Below are positions 10,463 to 18,995 of a stretch of DNA of 37,052 nucleotides, one piece after another (within the stretch, counting starts at the first letter, position 1; every line of letters starts with the position of its first letter). The stretch is from a virus (lineage: Duplodnaviria > Caudoviricetes). The notes under the pieces were generated by a model. It was not told the DNA's origin. It did no database searches and saw only the letters and a program-made list of their open reading frames with translations. The translations under genes and the position numbers were made by a program. The stretch is from positions 1-37,052 of the IMG/VR virus record IMGVR_UViG_3300036987_000515. One strand, 5' to 3'.

Positions 10463-11014
10463 TCACACCTCGAACAGCACCGCCGTCGTCGGGTCGCCCT
10501 CGGTGAAGATCCGCCATTTCCCCGTCGTCACGTCCTGGTCCGCCAGCCCGGCAACCTTGAAGTCCGCCACGCGCTTCGTCGTCGCCTTCATCGGCAGCTT
10601 CGTTCCGGCCTTGACCGCCGCACGCCAGATCGTCTTGTCCCGGCTCTTGTCAGCGCTCGTCAGCTCACGCGGGCGAAACACCAGCTTCCCGAATGTCGCC
10701 TTCGTGCCCGCCTTCGGATTCACGTCGATACTTACCTTTGCCGGAGGTCCGGTCACCGTCGTCAGCAACGCGTCCAGCGCCCGGCTCAGGTTCTGCAACG
10801 TCGCCTGGGCAAGCTTCGCCGTCGCTTCCACCTTCACCTTCTTCTCGTACGAGTCCACCGGTGCGCCCAGTTCGTGCACCTCCACGTCCTCGTATTCCTT
10901 CTCGATCGAGATCTCGCTACCGTCTTCCGTGAACCCAAGGTCCACTTCCGTCCCGCCATTGGGCGTCCAAAGCATCCGGTGCGCCCCGATATCGTAAGTC
11001 AGCAATTCGGCCAT
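10463..11014 (-). CDS. Major tail tube protein
   Basis: DLGFTEDGSEISIEKEYEDVEV siphoviral tube-like N-terminus; strong RBS GGAGGTGA; synteny. Confidence 0.85.
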   Translation of the reverse strand: MAELLTYDIGAHRMLWTPNGGTEVDLGFTEDGSEISIEKEYEDVEVHELGAPVDSYEKKVKVEATAKLAQATLQNLSRALDALLTTVTGPPAKVSIDVNPKAGTKATFGKLVFRPRELTSADKSRDKTIWRAAVKAGTKLPMKATTKRVADFKVAGLADQDVTTGKWRIFTEGDPTTAVLFEV

Positions 11015-11048
11015 CTCAATTCACCTCCTTCCATTCCCGGTTTCACAA

Positions 11049-11309
11049 TCATGCACGCACAAGGTACTTGCGGCCCTGCGCGTCCGACAGCTCCTTCACC
11101 TTCGCCCAGGTCTCGTGGCTCAGAGTCACCACCTCACCGGTCGAAATCTCCAGCGTGTGGCCGTCCACTTCCACACCGGAAAAAACCACGCGCTCCCGAC
11201 CCCCGCTCCGGTCCGGATTCAGCTTCACCCGGTGAAACGCCCAGGCACAGGCAGCCCGTTCCGCCTCAATCGCCTTGTCCTTGCCCATCTCGCCGCTCCT
11301 CTCACGCAT
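11049..11309 (-). CDS. Hypothetical protein
   Basis: Fills gap in operon; start 11309 or 11288. Confidence 0.6.
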   Translation of the reverse strand: MRERSGEMGKDKAIEAERAACAWAFHRVKLNPDRSGGRERVVFSGVEVDGHTLEISTGEVVTLSHETWAKVKELSDAQGRKYLVRA

Positions 11310-11739
11310 TCACTGCCACCTCGAAGCCCAACTCCCACCGCTGGCTCCAGACCTCCAGCCCCGACTCATCGATCCCCTGGCCCTCCTCGGCAGTGCACCT
11401 CAGCGGGCCGTAACCCCCACCGATCCGCCCCCACGCCAGCGCGCCAAGCACCAGCTCCAGCAGCTCGAACAGCGAGCCCTTCCGCTTGTCGACATCGTAG
11501 CGCACCGCGCCGATCACCACCTCGAGCCGCGCACGCACCTCGATCAGCTTCCCGTCCTTATGATTCATGTCCGCACCAGCCCAGGTAACCACGCACCATG
11601 GCTCCCGCAGCAACCCCGTTTCCGCATAATCCTCCTTGCGTAGTTGCCCGATCGCCCTCACCGTACGGAAACGCCCGGATGTATCCGCCGCGACTATCAG
11701 CCCGGCAACTCCCGCCTCGATCTCGTCACGGAAACCCAT
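11302..11739 (-). CDS. Putative tail terminator (Mu gp37-like)
   Basis: 145 aa, position before tail tube, PWCVVTWAG motif. Confidence 0.6.
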   Translation of the reverse strand: MGFRDEIEAGVAGLIVAADTSGRFRTVRAIGQLRKEDYAETGLLREPWCVVTWAGADMNHKDGKLIEVRARLEVVIGAVRYDVDKRKGSLFELLELVLGALAWGRIGGGYGPLRCTAEEGQGIDESGLEVWSQRWELGFEVAVNA

Positions 11740-11754
11740 CAGCCCGCCTCAATT

Positions 11755-12429
11755 CTACGCATCGGTCACCTCGCCACGCATCAACCAGTTCACCAGGAAC
11801 TGGCCATAGCTCCGCTCATCCTCCCCCTGGATCACCAGGTACGGACGCGTCGGGATTCCCCGTCCCGGATCCCCGAACTGGTGCGACGCCGCATATACCA
11901 GGTTTGTCCCGATCGACACATTTGTCCGGTCAACCTGCACCGCCTCACCAGCGCTCGTCACGCTCGATCGCAACCGCCCCCGGTCCAGCAGGATCTTCCC
12001 CTGCGTCACCGCCGCAACCACCGCCCGCCTGAATGCCAGGCCCGCCTGGGCAAACTTGTTCGTACCCCCGTGGCCCCGACGAAGAATCCGACCGGTTCGC
12101 CCGCTCCGCGCAAACCCGGGAATCGTGCTCAGCGCCCCCACCCCGCCCTTGCTCTTGTAAATCGCCGCGCTCGGCGCAAACCTGCCCTTCCCCTTATCCC
12201 GCTCCCTCAGCTTCCGCGCCCCGGCCGTCCGCATATATCTCGCGATCAGCGTCTTCACCTTCAGCGCACGCCACTTCACCGGACGGCCCTGCGAGTCAAA
12301 GTTCCGCTTGATCGATCCGACCATATATACGCCCCAGGCCTTCAGAGGACGCCGCCAGTCCCTCACCCGATCCGACAGCCCGTCCAGTTCCGCCAGCAAC
12401 GGCGAAAATTCCACCAGCAACCGTGCCAT
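11755..12429 (-). CDS. Virion morphogenesis/tail completion protein (Mu gpG-like)
   Basis: NFDSQGRP.KW..L, ILLDRGRLRSS, IGTNLVYAASHQFG, IPTRPYL motifs; TAATG coupling at 12429. Confidence 0.9.
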   Translation of the reverse strand: MARLLVEFSPLLAELDGLSDRVRDWRRPLKAWGVYMVGSIKRNFDSQGRPVKWRALKVKTLIARYMRTAGARKLRERDKGKGRFAPSAAIYKSKGGVGALSTIPGFARSGRTGRILRRGHGGTNKFAQAGLAFRRAVVAAVTQGKILLDRGRLRSSVTSAGEAVQVDRTNVSIGTNLVYAASHQFGDPGRGIPTRPYLVIQGEDERSYGQFLVNWLMRGEVTDA

Positions 12430-12752
12430 TATCCACGCCCCCCCGCCACCGTCGCCATCAGCCACGCTCCCGCCCGAAACAGCACCCGCCGACGCCCGCG
12501 GCCCCGCAGGAACCGCCGCCGCTGGGGATCCCAACGCCGCGAATATCCTGGCGCCACCCGCCAGGTTCCGAATCCGTCACAGCGCACCTGCTTGTCGGTC
12601 GCCAGCCCGATCCGGATCGCATCCGGAATCTCCGCCACGATCGCCCGTACCGTGCTCAGCCTCATCCCCGCCCGGACAGCCACCGCGCGGGCAAGCCCGT
12701 CCATATCCCGCCTCGCGCCTTTCGGCCGGTATGTCCAGGGGCCCTTGCTCAC
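12429..12752 (-). CDS. HU/IHF-family DNA-binding protein
   Basis: Helical N-terminus then VRCDGFGTWRV..RRWDPQ..RRVLFRAG, matching the GFGTF..RNP..F pattern. Confidence 0.8.
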   Translation of the reverse strand: MSKGPWTYRPKGARRDMDGLARAVAVRAGMRLSTVRAIVAEIPDAIRIGLATDKQVRCDGFGTWRVAPGYSRRWDPQRRRFLRGRGRRRVLFRAGAWLMATVAGGRG

Positions 12753-12754
12753 GG

Positions 12755-13210
12755 CTAAAAATCCCTCAGCCCGCCGTTTGCCATCACCCCGCCACGACGC
12801 GCCTCATTGACGTCGTCCACCGTTGTCCGGATCGTCTCGGCGTTCACCACGGCTTCGCCCAACTGACCCTCCCGCGATGCCAGATCGTCCAGCACCGCCA
12901 CCTGAACATCATAGTCGTCCTCGAAGAGCTTCCGGAATTCCCGCTTGCGCTGCGCCAAACGGTGTAACGAAATCACCGCCGAGGCAGCCCGGATCTCCTC
13001 ACTCACCGGAGAAATCGGAATCGCAAACCGCCCCCTGAGCTTCCCGTTCACGAACGCCTCAGCGGATCCGATCGCCGCCCGGATTCGCGCCTCCGTATCC
13101 TCCTCCAGGTTATCCAGCGTCTCCGTTTCCGGATCCCCATCCGCCAGCTCGATCACCCGGTCCTCCGGGCAGAAATCCTTCAGATCCTCGATCGCAATGT
13201 AGACACCCAT
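12755..13210 (-). CDS. Head-tail adaptor (Mu gp36/DUF1320-like)
   Basis: YIAIEDL..AIGSAEAFVNGKLRGRFAIPISPV motif and synteny. Confidence 0.85.
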   Translation of the reverse strand: MGVYIAIEDLKDFCPEDRVIELADGDPETETLDNLEEDTEARIRAAIGSAEAFVNGKLRGRFAIPISPVSEEIRAASAVISLHRLAQRKREFRKLFEDDYDVQVAVLDDLASREGQLGEAVVNAETIRTTVDDVNEARRGGVMANGGLRDF

Positions 13211-13557
13211 CACCCGCGTCCCTTCCGCCCGCCGGCAATCCGCCCGACGCGCAAATCCGTCTTCGGCCGGGGGCGGCCGCCCACGGCCGCCTTCGTCCGT
13301 GCCCGTCCGTGCTCGTCCGTGCCCGTCCGTGTCTCGCTTGCCAACACGTCCTTCACCACCTCGTCGGCAATCCTCTCAGCAATTTCCTCCACCCCTTCCA
13401 CCTCAAACCAGCCGCAATCCCGCATCTCCTGCGACACCAGGTCGCCCGAGAACCACAAACCCGTTTTCGGAACTTCGATCACCGAGCCGTCGCTGAGCCG
13501 CGCACGCATTGAACTCCCCGGATGATCCCGCCTCAACATCACCTTGACCATGCCCAT
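13210..13557 (-). CDS. Hypothetical protein (Mu gp35 position)
   Basis: Between capsid and gp36-like gene; start 13557 or 13551. Confidence 0.6.
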   Translation of the reverse strand: MGMVKVMLRRDHPGSSMRARLSDGSVIEVPKTGLWFSGDLVSQEMRDCGWFEVEGVEEIAERIADEVVKDVLASETRTGTDEHGRARTKAAVGGRPRPKTDLRVGRIAGGRKGRG

Positions 13558-13569
13558 AAGTCCCGTCCG

Positions 13570-13622
13570 ATCCGTTCCTGAAATCTGGAATCTGAAATCT
13601 GAGATCAAAAAACGCCCCGCCC
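13570..13622 (-). repeat. Intergenic element copy 2 after major capsid gene
   Basis: GGGCGGGGCG-T6-GATCTCAGATTTCAGATTCCAGATTTCAGGAACGGAT; one more heptamer than copy 1. Confidence 0.85.
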
Positions 13623-13638
13623 TACGTCCATCCGGCTG

Positions 13639-14520
13639 TCAGGTGTTCTTCACCTTGATCACGTTCCGCCACTCGCCGTAACCGCCATTGCCGCGCGCAC
13701 GGATCGTGTACAGCGTCGAATCGTGCTTCACGTCCTGGTCGCTGCCCGGCATCGTGTTCTTCGGTGTCGGCTGCAGCCGCAACTGGAAGATGTAACCCTT
13801 CACGCTCGGGGCGCGATCCTCCAGGTACCACGAGTTGCCCGTCAGGCCGCTGTCCTCGATTACGCCCGCCACCAGACCGGCGTATACGTTCTCGCCGCCT
13901 GCCGCGACCGTTGTCACCCGGAACGCCTGCAGGCACGGAACGTATAACGCGCTCGAGCAGCGAACCCACCACTGCGGACGAACACGCGGCCAGAGCTTGC
14001 CCTTGTCCGTCTTGAACGTCCCCGCCAGCGCACGCGCCGTTGCCAGGTCGGCCTGCAGCTTGTCCACCGCCGCGCCCGTTCCCGTCACCAGGTTCGAACC
14101 CGCCGAGTGCGCAGTCGAAAAGAACGGCTGCCCGTCATAGCAAAGGCCGCTCTCGCCGCCAGTGATCAGCTCTAACAGCAGTTCGTAAGGCCACGTGCCG
14201 GCTGCCGCAACATAGTTGCGGACACGCTGCTGAAGATGCCCGTACTGATCGTCCGCCAGGTCGTCGTCGTCGATTTCCATCGCCGCCTTGAACTTGCGGT
14301 TCTTGATCAGGTAGTCGTACTCCTTCAGGCCCTCGGGAATGTACTCGCCCTTGTCCTCCGCCAGACGCGGAACATCGCCCAGCCAACCGTACTGCTCTGC
14401 CTTCCGCGTTGACGGAACCACCGTCATCGACTCACGCCACTCCGCCTCGTAAGCCTCCAGTTCCGCCTGAAACAGCGTATTCAGCCCTGCTATTTTCATC
14501 AGCTTCAGTACCACATTCAT
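13639..14520 (-). CDS. Major capsid protein (Mu gpT-like)
   Basis: VPST..EQYGWLGDVPRL, NRKFKAAMEIDDDDLADDQYG, CYDGQPFFSTAH; RBS GGAGGTGA. Confidence 0.95.
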   Translation of the reverse strand: MNVVLKLMKIAGLNTLFQAELEAYEAEWRESMTVVPSTRKAEQYGWLGDVPRLAEDKGEYIPEGLKEYDYLIKNRKFKAAMEIDDDDLADDQYGHLQQRVRNYVAAAGTWPYELLLELITGGESGLCYDGQPFFSTAHSAGSNLVTGTGAAVDKLQADLATARALAGTFKTDKGKLWPRVRPQWWVRCSSALYVPCLQAFRVTTVAAGGENVYAGLVAGVIEDSGLTGNSWYLEDRAPSVKGYIFQLRLQPTPKNTMPGSDQDVKHDSTLYTIRARGNGGYGEWRNVIKVKNT

Positions 14521-14583
14521 CCTTGTTTCACCTCCTCTCCCTCTATGCTCATCCCCGCCATCGTCGGTTGCGCCCCGCAAACG

Positions 14584-14991
14584 CTACTGCGCCAGGTCCA
14601 CCAGCACCTCGCCGGCGCCGGAATCCACCAGGACCACGATACCAGCCTTCACCGTGTTCGTTGTCGCCGCCGCCTGGACCGTCTGATCGTCGACCCAGTA
14701 TACCGTCGCTCCAACTGTCGGAGCAGTACCTGTGTACTTCACGACCGCGCAACCCAGCCGCCGCACACGAACCTTCTCCGCCCCGTCCGACCCCGCGGAA
14801 TTGTCCGCAAGATCCGTCGCGATCCCGCACCTCACATGCGCCGCGACGTCGCCCGCGGGCACAGCAAGGCCCGTCGCTGTCCCCACGATCACGCCCGCCC
14901 CGGCGTAGATCTTCGTCGATCCTTTCACCGGAACCAGCAAATCGCGGCCGTCCCGGAGATTCGTGTCCTTGTTCGCCGTCAATGCAGTCAT
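14584..14991 (-). CDS. Capsid decoration/cement-like protein
   Basis: PVKGSTKIYAG..VYWVDDQTV; between scaffold and capsid. Confidence 0.7.
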   Translation of the reverse strand: MTALTANKDTNLRDGRDLLVPVKGSTKIYAGAGVIVGTATGLAVPAGDVAAHVRCGIATDLADNSAGSDGAEKVRVRRLGCAVVKYTGTAPTVGATVYWVDDQTVQAAATTNTVKAGIVVLVDSGAGEVLVDLAQ

Positions 14992-15040
14992 TCAGATCAC
15001 CTCCTCTCCCTTGTTTCTCCGCCCCGCAACACCGACGCCA

Positions 15041-15568
15041 CTACTCATCGTCGTCCCCGTCCTGCCGGCCCTTCGCCGCCAGCTTGCGGTATTCCTTCTC
15101 CACCAGCTTCGGGTCCAGACCGTGATCCGCCGCGAACTTCGCGATCGCGCCGTCAACGCCCTCGCCATCGCGCTCCTCCTCGTCGTCCACCTTCGTGAAT
15201 AGCGACTTCGCGCTGCCAAGGCCGCCCAGCAAATCCTCGAAGAACCCGAGCTGCGTCTGCTCCTGGTCCGCCGTGAACTTCACCTTGTCCTGGTCGTCAA
15301 GGCTTGCCATGAACGCCGCCAGGCCCGGATGGTTCGCTGTTGCCGGAGTGATCCGCTTCGCCGCAAACAGCTCCTTCACGAACGTCCCGCATTTCGCCAC
15401 CTTCGCGGCAAATTTCTGCAGCACGCTCTCGTTCTGCAGCTTCTTCGCCTGCGAAGCACGCTGCGCGACCTGCTGGTATTCCTTGCTCCGCTTGAACTTC
15501 TCGATGATCTCCGGCTCTGCCTTCTTCAGCTCAGCCGCGATCATCGCCTGGATTTCCTTCGGTCCCAT
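15041..15568 (-). CDS. Internally initiated scaffold (Mu gpZ-like)
   Basis: In-frame ATG (MGPKEIQ) preceded by AAGGAGGTGA. Confidence 0.75.
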   Translation of the reverse strand: MGPKEIQAMIAAELKKAEPEIIEKFKRSKEYQQVAQRASQAKKLQNESVLQKFAAKVAKCGTFVKELFAAKRITPATANHPGLAAFMASLDDQDKVKFTADQEQTQLGFFEDLLGGLGSAKSLFTKVDDEEERDGEGVDGAIAKFAADHGLDPKLVEKEYRKLAAKGRQDGDDDE

Positions 15569-16246
15569 ATCGTCCTCACCTCCTTCCTCATGTCGTGTGT
15601 CAAATCCCGCGGCAAAACCGACCGCGCGCCGCCGAACCTTGCTCCCCGGTTTCCAGCTCGCGCTTATCCGCGTAGCCTTCGCACCGAACCGAACGTCCGG
15701 CAGCGGAACCTCCGTCTGCGTGCCCCCGTGGTAGGCCACCCGCGTCAGCGTCCAACCCTTCTTCCCGTGCCAGTCGTTCACTGCCTCGATCGAGATCTTC
15801 GGGTAACGCCGCTCGTTGACATAATAGACCAAATCCCAGGCGATGTCACGGAATTGCGCCTCAAGGTAGTCTCCGTTCACACGCAACGCCCGCACCCACG
15901 CCAGAGCTGGCGCCTCGAACGTCTCATCCGGGTTCTCACGGCTGTGCCCGACCGTCGCCGGAACATCCGGGTCGCTATCCCCGAAGTTCCGAACCAACTG
16001 GTCCAGCTCGTCACGCGTCCATTCCCGGCCGTGCCACGTCCCCGCCCGAAACACCGGCACCCAGGTCATCTCCCGCCGCTGCTTTGCCTGCTCCTCGTCT
16101 GCAACCACTTCCTCGATCAGCGTCACCGCCGCACCTCCGTCCCCGGCTCCCGGGCATTCAATCGTCGTGCCCCGTCTGTCGATCGCAGCGGCCAGCAGAG
16201 ATACAGGCTCAAACATATCAATGCCAGGATAAGCACGATCATGCAT
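15041..16246 (-). CDS. Prohead protease/scaffold (Mu gpI-like)
   Basis: VFRAGTW, VGHS, APALAWV, RYPKISIE motifs; start may be 16216. Confidence 0.85.
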   Translation of the reverse strand: MHDRAYPGIDMFEPVSLLAAAIDRRGTTIECPGAGDGGAAVTLIEEVVADEEQAKQRREMTWVPVFRAGTWHGREWTRDELDQLVRNFGDSDPDVPATVGHSRENPDETFEAPALAWVRALRVNGDYLEAQFRDIAWDLVYYVNERRYPKISIEAVNDWHGKKGWTLTRVAYHGGTQTEVPLPDVRFGAKATRISASWKPGSKVRRRAVGFAAGFDTRHEEGGEDDMGPKEIQAMIAAELKKAEPEIIEKFKRSKEYQQVAQRASQAKKLQNESVLQKFAAKVAKCGTFVKELFAAKRITPATANHPGLAAFMASLDDQDKVKFTADQEQTQLGFFEDLLGGLGSAKSLFTKVDDEEERDGEGVDGAIAKFAADHGLDPKLVEKEYRKLAAKGRQDGDDDE

Positions 16247-16315
16247 TCCCCCAAAACATCTTCAGGATTCCGTTTCCCCATCGTATTCACCTGCGCCTTC
16301 CTACCGCGATTTCTT

Positions 16316-16333
16316 GGGACACGCGGGAGACGC
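16316..16333. repeat. 18-bp motif GGGACACGCGGGAGACGC, inverted copy of 23710-23727
   Basis: Exact reverse complement; both copies intergenic. Confidence 0.9.
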
Positions 16334-16354
16334 ACGGCTTCGATTACCCGAGAC

Positions 16355-16382
16355 TACAATGCCATCCTAACATCCTTGTCAA
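16355..16382 (-). promoter_or_regulatory. Candidate internal late promoter upstream of protease gene
   Basis: Perfect TTGACA (16382-16377); -10 unclear; position analogous to Mu PI. Confidence 0.35.
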
Positions 16383-16394
16383 TACCCCGAAATC

Positions 16395-18869
16395 TCAAAG
16401 CCCCAAACCACGGAAACCGTCGCTCCCGCGAAACTCCCGCGGGTTGCGCTCCGACCCGTCGCCCAACCGCACCGTCTGCGGCAACGTCGCCGCCGCCCAC
16501 GCATCGTAAACGCCAAGCTCTTTCATCGATCCCACCGACAGCGGGATCAGGTCGCAACGGCAGTTGTAATCCCAGGGGGGAGTGATACGATCCCAGACTG
16601 GATCCTCACGGTCCGCCACGAATCCATGCAACGCCGCATGAGTCTCGCGCGTCCTGTCATCCAGGATCGCGATGTACTGATACGCCGGGAAGCCCTCCTT
16701 GATGTCCGGATCGTTCAACGCCAACTGACGCCCCGCGCCATATGCACGCATCGTCTCCGTCCGGAACATCGTCTCCACCTGCCAGGGAGACTTCCCCTCA
16801 AGGCCCCATTCGGACGTCATCGCCGCCCATTCCGATTGCCATTCTGCCAGCGTCCGGCCTTCCCGCAGGAAGTCACCGATACGCTCCTGGATCCTCGTCA
16901 GCAGCTCCCGCGATTCCACGTCAGCCACCGTGAAGCTCCGCGCCCGCGCTTCTGCCGCCAGTTGCTCCAGGTCGCTCTCCGTCAACGGCACAAGGTCCAG
17001 GAACCACCGGATCGCCTGTTCCGGAGTCACCGGCTCCCAATCCGCAATCACCCCGGCCCGCATCCGCTCCCGCCCGCCTTTGACACTCCGCGTCCGCTCA
17101 TCGCCGCGTTTTTCGTGCACGTGCACGTGCACCTGCACGCCCTCATCCTCTAACTTGGCGCTGGCCCCGGCTCCGCCCACCCAACGCATCACATGCGCCG
17201 CGCCCAGGCAAAGTGCCCCCGTCTTCGCCGTCGCAAATGCCTCCGTCAGCGCGTCGACGCCTGCCCTCTCCGCTTTCATCCGCTCGATTCGAAGCGCCAG
17301 CTCTGCCAGCGACCCGGCCGCTGCCGCCTCGCCCTTCACACCGGAGAGGAGTGCCCGCACCGCACCCGCGCCCATCGTCACGATCCGCGCAAACACACCG
17401 TCCATCTCCCGACGCCGCCGCCGCGCCTCGGTCATCGCCCCCGCCGCCACCGCAAATTTCACCCGCCGGACCCCTTCACCACAATTCCGTCCATCGCGTC
17501 CTCGATGTCCATTGTGTCCATTATGTCCATCGCGCCCGCGCATCCGGGCGCCCATCCCAACCCCGGCCGCATTCGGCCCCCATCCACCGCCCCAGCCGAC
17601 GCCACTGCCGCCGCTCACCACCTCGTCATCGGACGCGGGCATCGGACGCTTATACTTCTCATAGAAGTACCACCGCGGCAATTCCAGGCCCAGCCCGACC
17701 AGCCACGAGTCCAGCTCCAGCTCTGCCTGCAAATCCTTCGACTCATAGTCGATCGTCCAGATCGGCAGCGGCAACCCGGCGCCAAAATTCAGTTCCACCA
17801 GCGGACGCACCAGCTGGCCGTTTACCACCTCCATCAGCGCCCGCGCGTCACCCTCCACGAATTCCTGCTTCACGTCCGCATGCGTTTGCGCCTGGCTATA
17901 GGTGCCCGTCCCCGTCGTCGCCTGCCCCGTCGCCAACGATTGACCCGTCAACGCCTCGCTCATGCACCGGTCGCACCAGCTCACGAACCGGTCATAGGTG
18001 TCGGTCGCCCCCTGGCGCTGCGCCTCGAGCAGATCCACGGTTAGGTTCTCCGGCATCACGATCGCATACTCGCTCTGGATCATCCGGAGCGCTGCCTTCA
18101 ACTTCTTCTGTTCCTCCTCGGTCGCGTTCGGCGGATACTTGCCAACCGCCGTCGGCTGCCCCCACTTCTCCGAAAAGATCGCCCACCATTTCACGAAATT
18201 GTGTTTCAGCCACCAGGTCCAGAACAGCTCGCTCGCCTCGCTGGTCCCATACTGGTTCTCATTCTCGGGCGAATGGCTGAACACCACGAACTTGAACGCG
18301 GGAACCTCCTGCCACTTCGTCGGCTCCGGAGAATATCGCAGGCTCCCGTCCGCCGCAAAACCGAACCGCCCCTGCCGCCGTTGACGCAACTCCACCGGCA
18401 CCCATGCAGTCCGGCTCCCGCCCGAGTATATCAGGTCACGCTCCTCCCAAAGGATCTCGGCTACCGAGAAACCCACAGGAATTGCGTCCATCAGCTCCAG
18501 GAGGTCGCGCCACCACCCCGAGATACCCGCCACCGCCGCGCTCACGAAATCCGCCAGTTCCTGCGCGCGCTCCGGATCCGGATCGTCCGCGTTCGGCACC
18601 ACGCGCATTCCCTTGCTCAAGACGCCCATTTTGCGAGTGCGGATCAGGCTCTTCAGCTTCGCGTCGCTGGTCCGCATTCGGCGATATAACGAGTAGCAGT
18701 CCGTCACCGAACGCCCGTCCGTACCCAGCTTCGAAGGAGCGATCACCGTCAGGATCTCGTCATCCAGCGGCAGGATCCCGCCACCCATGCCACCCGTCAT
18801 CATCCGCAGCGAATCATCGCCCATCGATGCGATTTCGACCGTCAAATCCGCTTTCTTCACCGAACCCAT
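16395..18869 (-). CDS. Portal (Mu gp29/DUF935-like) fused to minor head protein (Mu gpF-like)
   Basis: LMDAIPVGFSVAEILW, FSEKWGQPTAVGKY; C-terminal YQYIAILDDRTRETHAALHG..PPWDYNCRC. Confidence 0.9.
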   Translation of the reverse strand: MGSVKKADLTVEIASMGDDSLRMMTGGMGGGILPLDDEILTVIAPSKLGTDGRSVTDCYSLYRRMRTSDAKLKSLIRTRKMGVLSKGMRVVPNADDPDPERAQELADFVSAAVAGISGWWRDLLELMDAIPVGFSVAEILWEERDLIYSGGSRTAWVPVELRQRRQGRFGFAADGSLRYSPEPTKWQEVPAFKFVVFSHSPENENQYGTSEASELFWTWWLKHNFVKWWAIFSEKWGQPTAVGKYPPNATEEEQKKLKAALRMIQSEYAIVMPENLTVDLLEAQRQGATDTYDRFVSWCDRCMSEALTGQSLATGQATTGTGTYSQAQTHADVKQEFVEGDARALMEVVNGQLVRPLVELNFGAGLPLPIWTIDYESKDLQAELELDSWLVGLGLELPRWYFYEKYKRPMPASDDEVVSGGSGVGWGGGWGPNAAGVGMGARMRGRDGHNGHNGHRGRDGRNCGEGVRRVKFAVAAGAMTEARRRRREMDGVFARIVTMGAGAVRALLSGVKGEAAAAGSLAELALRIERMKAERAGVDALTEAFATAKTGALCLGAAHVMRWVGGAGASAKLEDEGVQVHVHVHEKRGDERTRSVKGGRERMRAGVIADWEPVTPEQAIRWFLDLVPLTESDLEQLAAEARARSFTVADVESRELLTRIQERIGDFLREGRTLAEWQSEWAAMTSEWGLEGKSPWQVETMFRTETMRAYGAGRQLALNDPDIKEGFPAYQYIAILDDRTRETHAALHGFVADREDPVWDRITPPWDYNCRCDLIPLSVGSMKELGVYDAWAAATLPQTVRLGDGSERNPREFRGSDGFRGLGL

Positions 18870-18995
18870 CGTCAGAGCCCTTCACAACATCGTGTAATTT
18901 CGTCTAATCGCCGTGTAAAAACGCGCAACGCAGTCGCGCCCCTCCCATGGAGCATCCCAGCCACAAAAGCCCCGCAGAAGCCAAATCTCGCAGTT

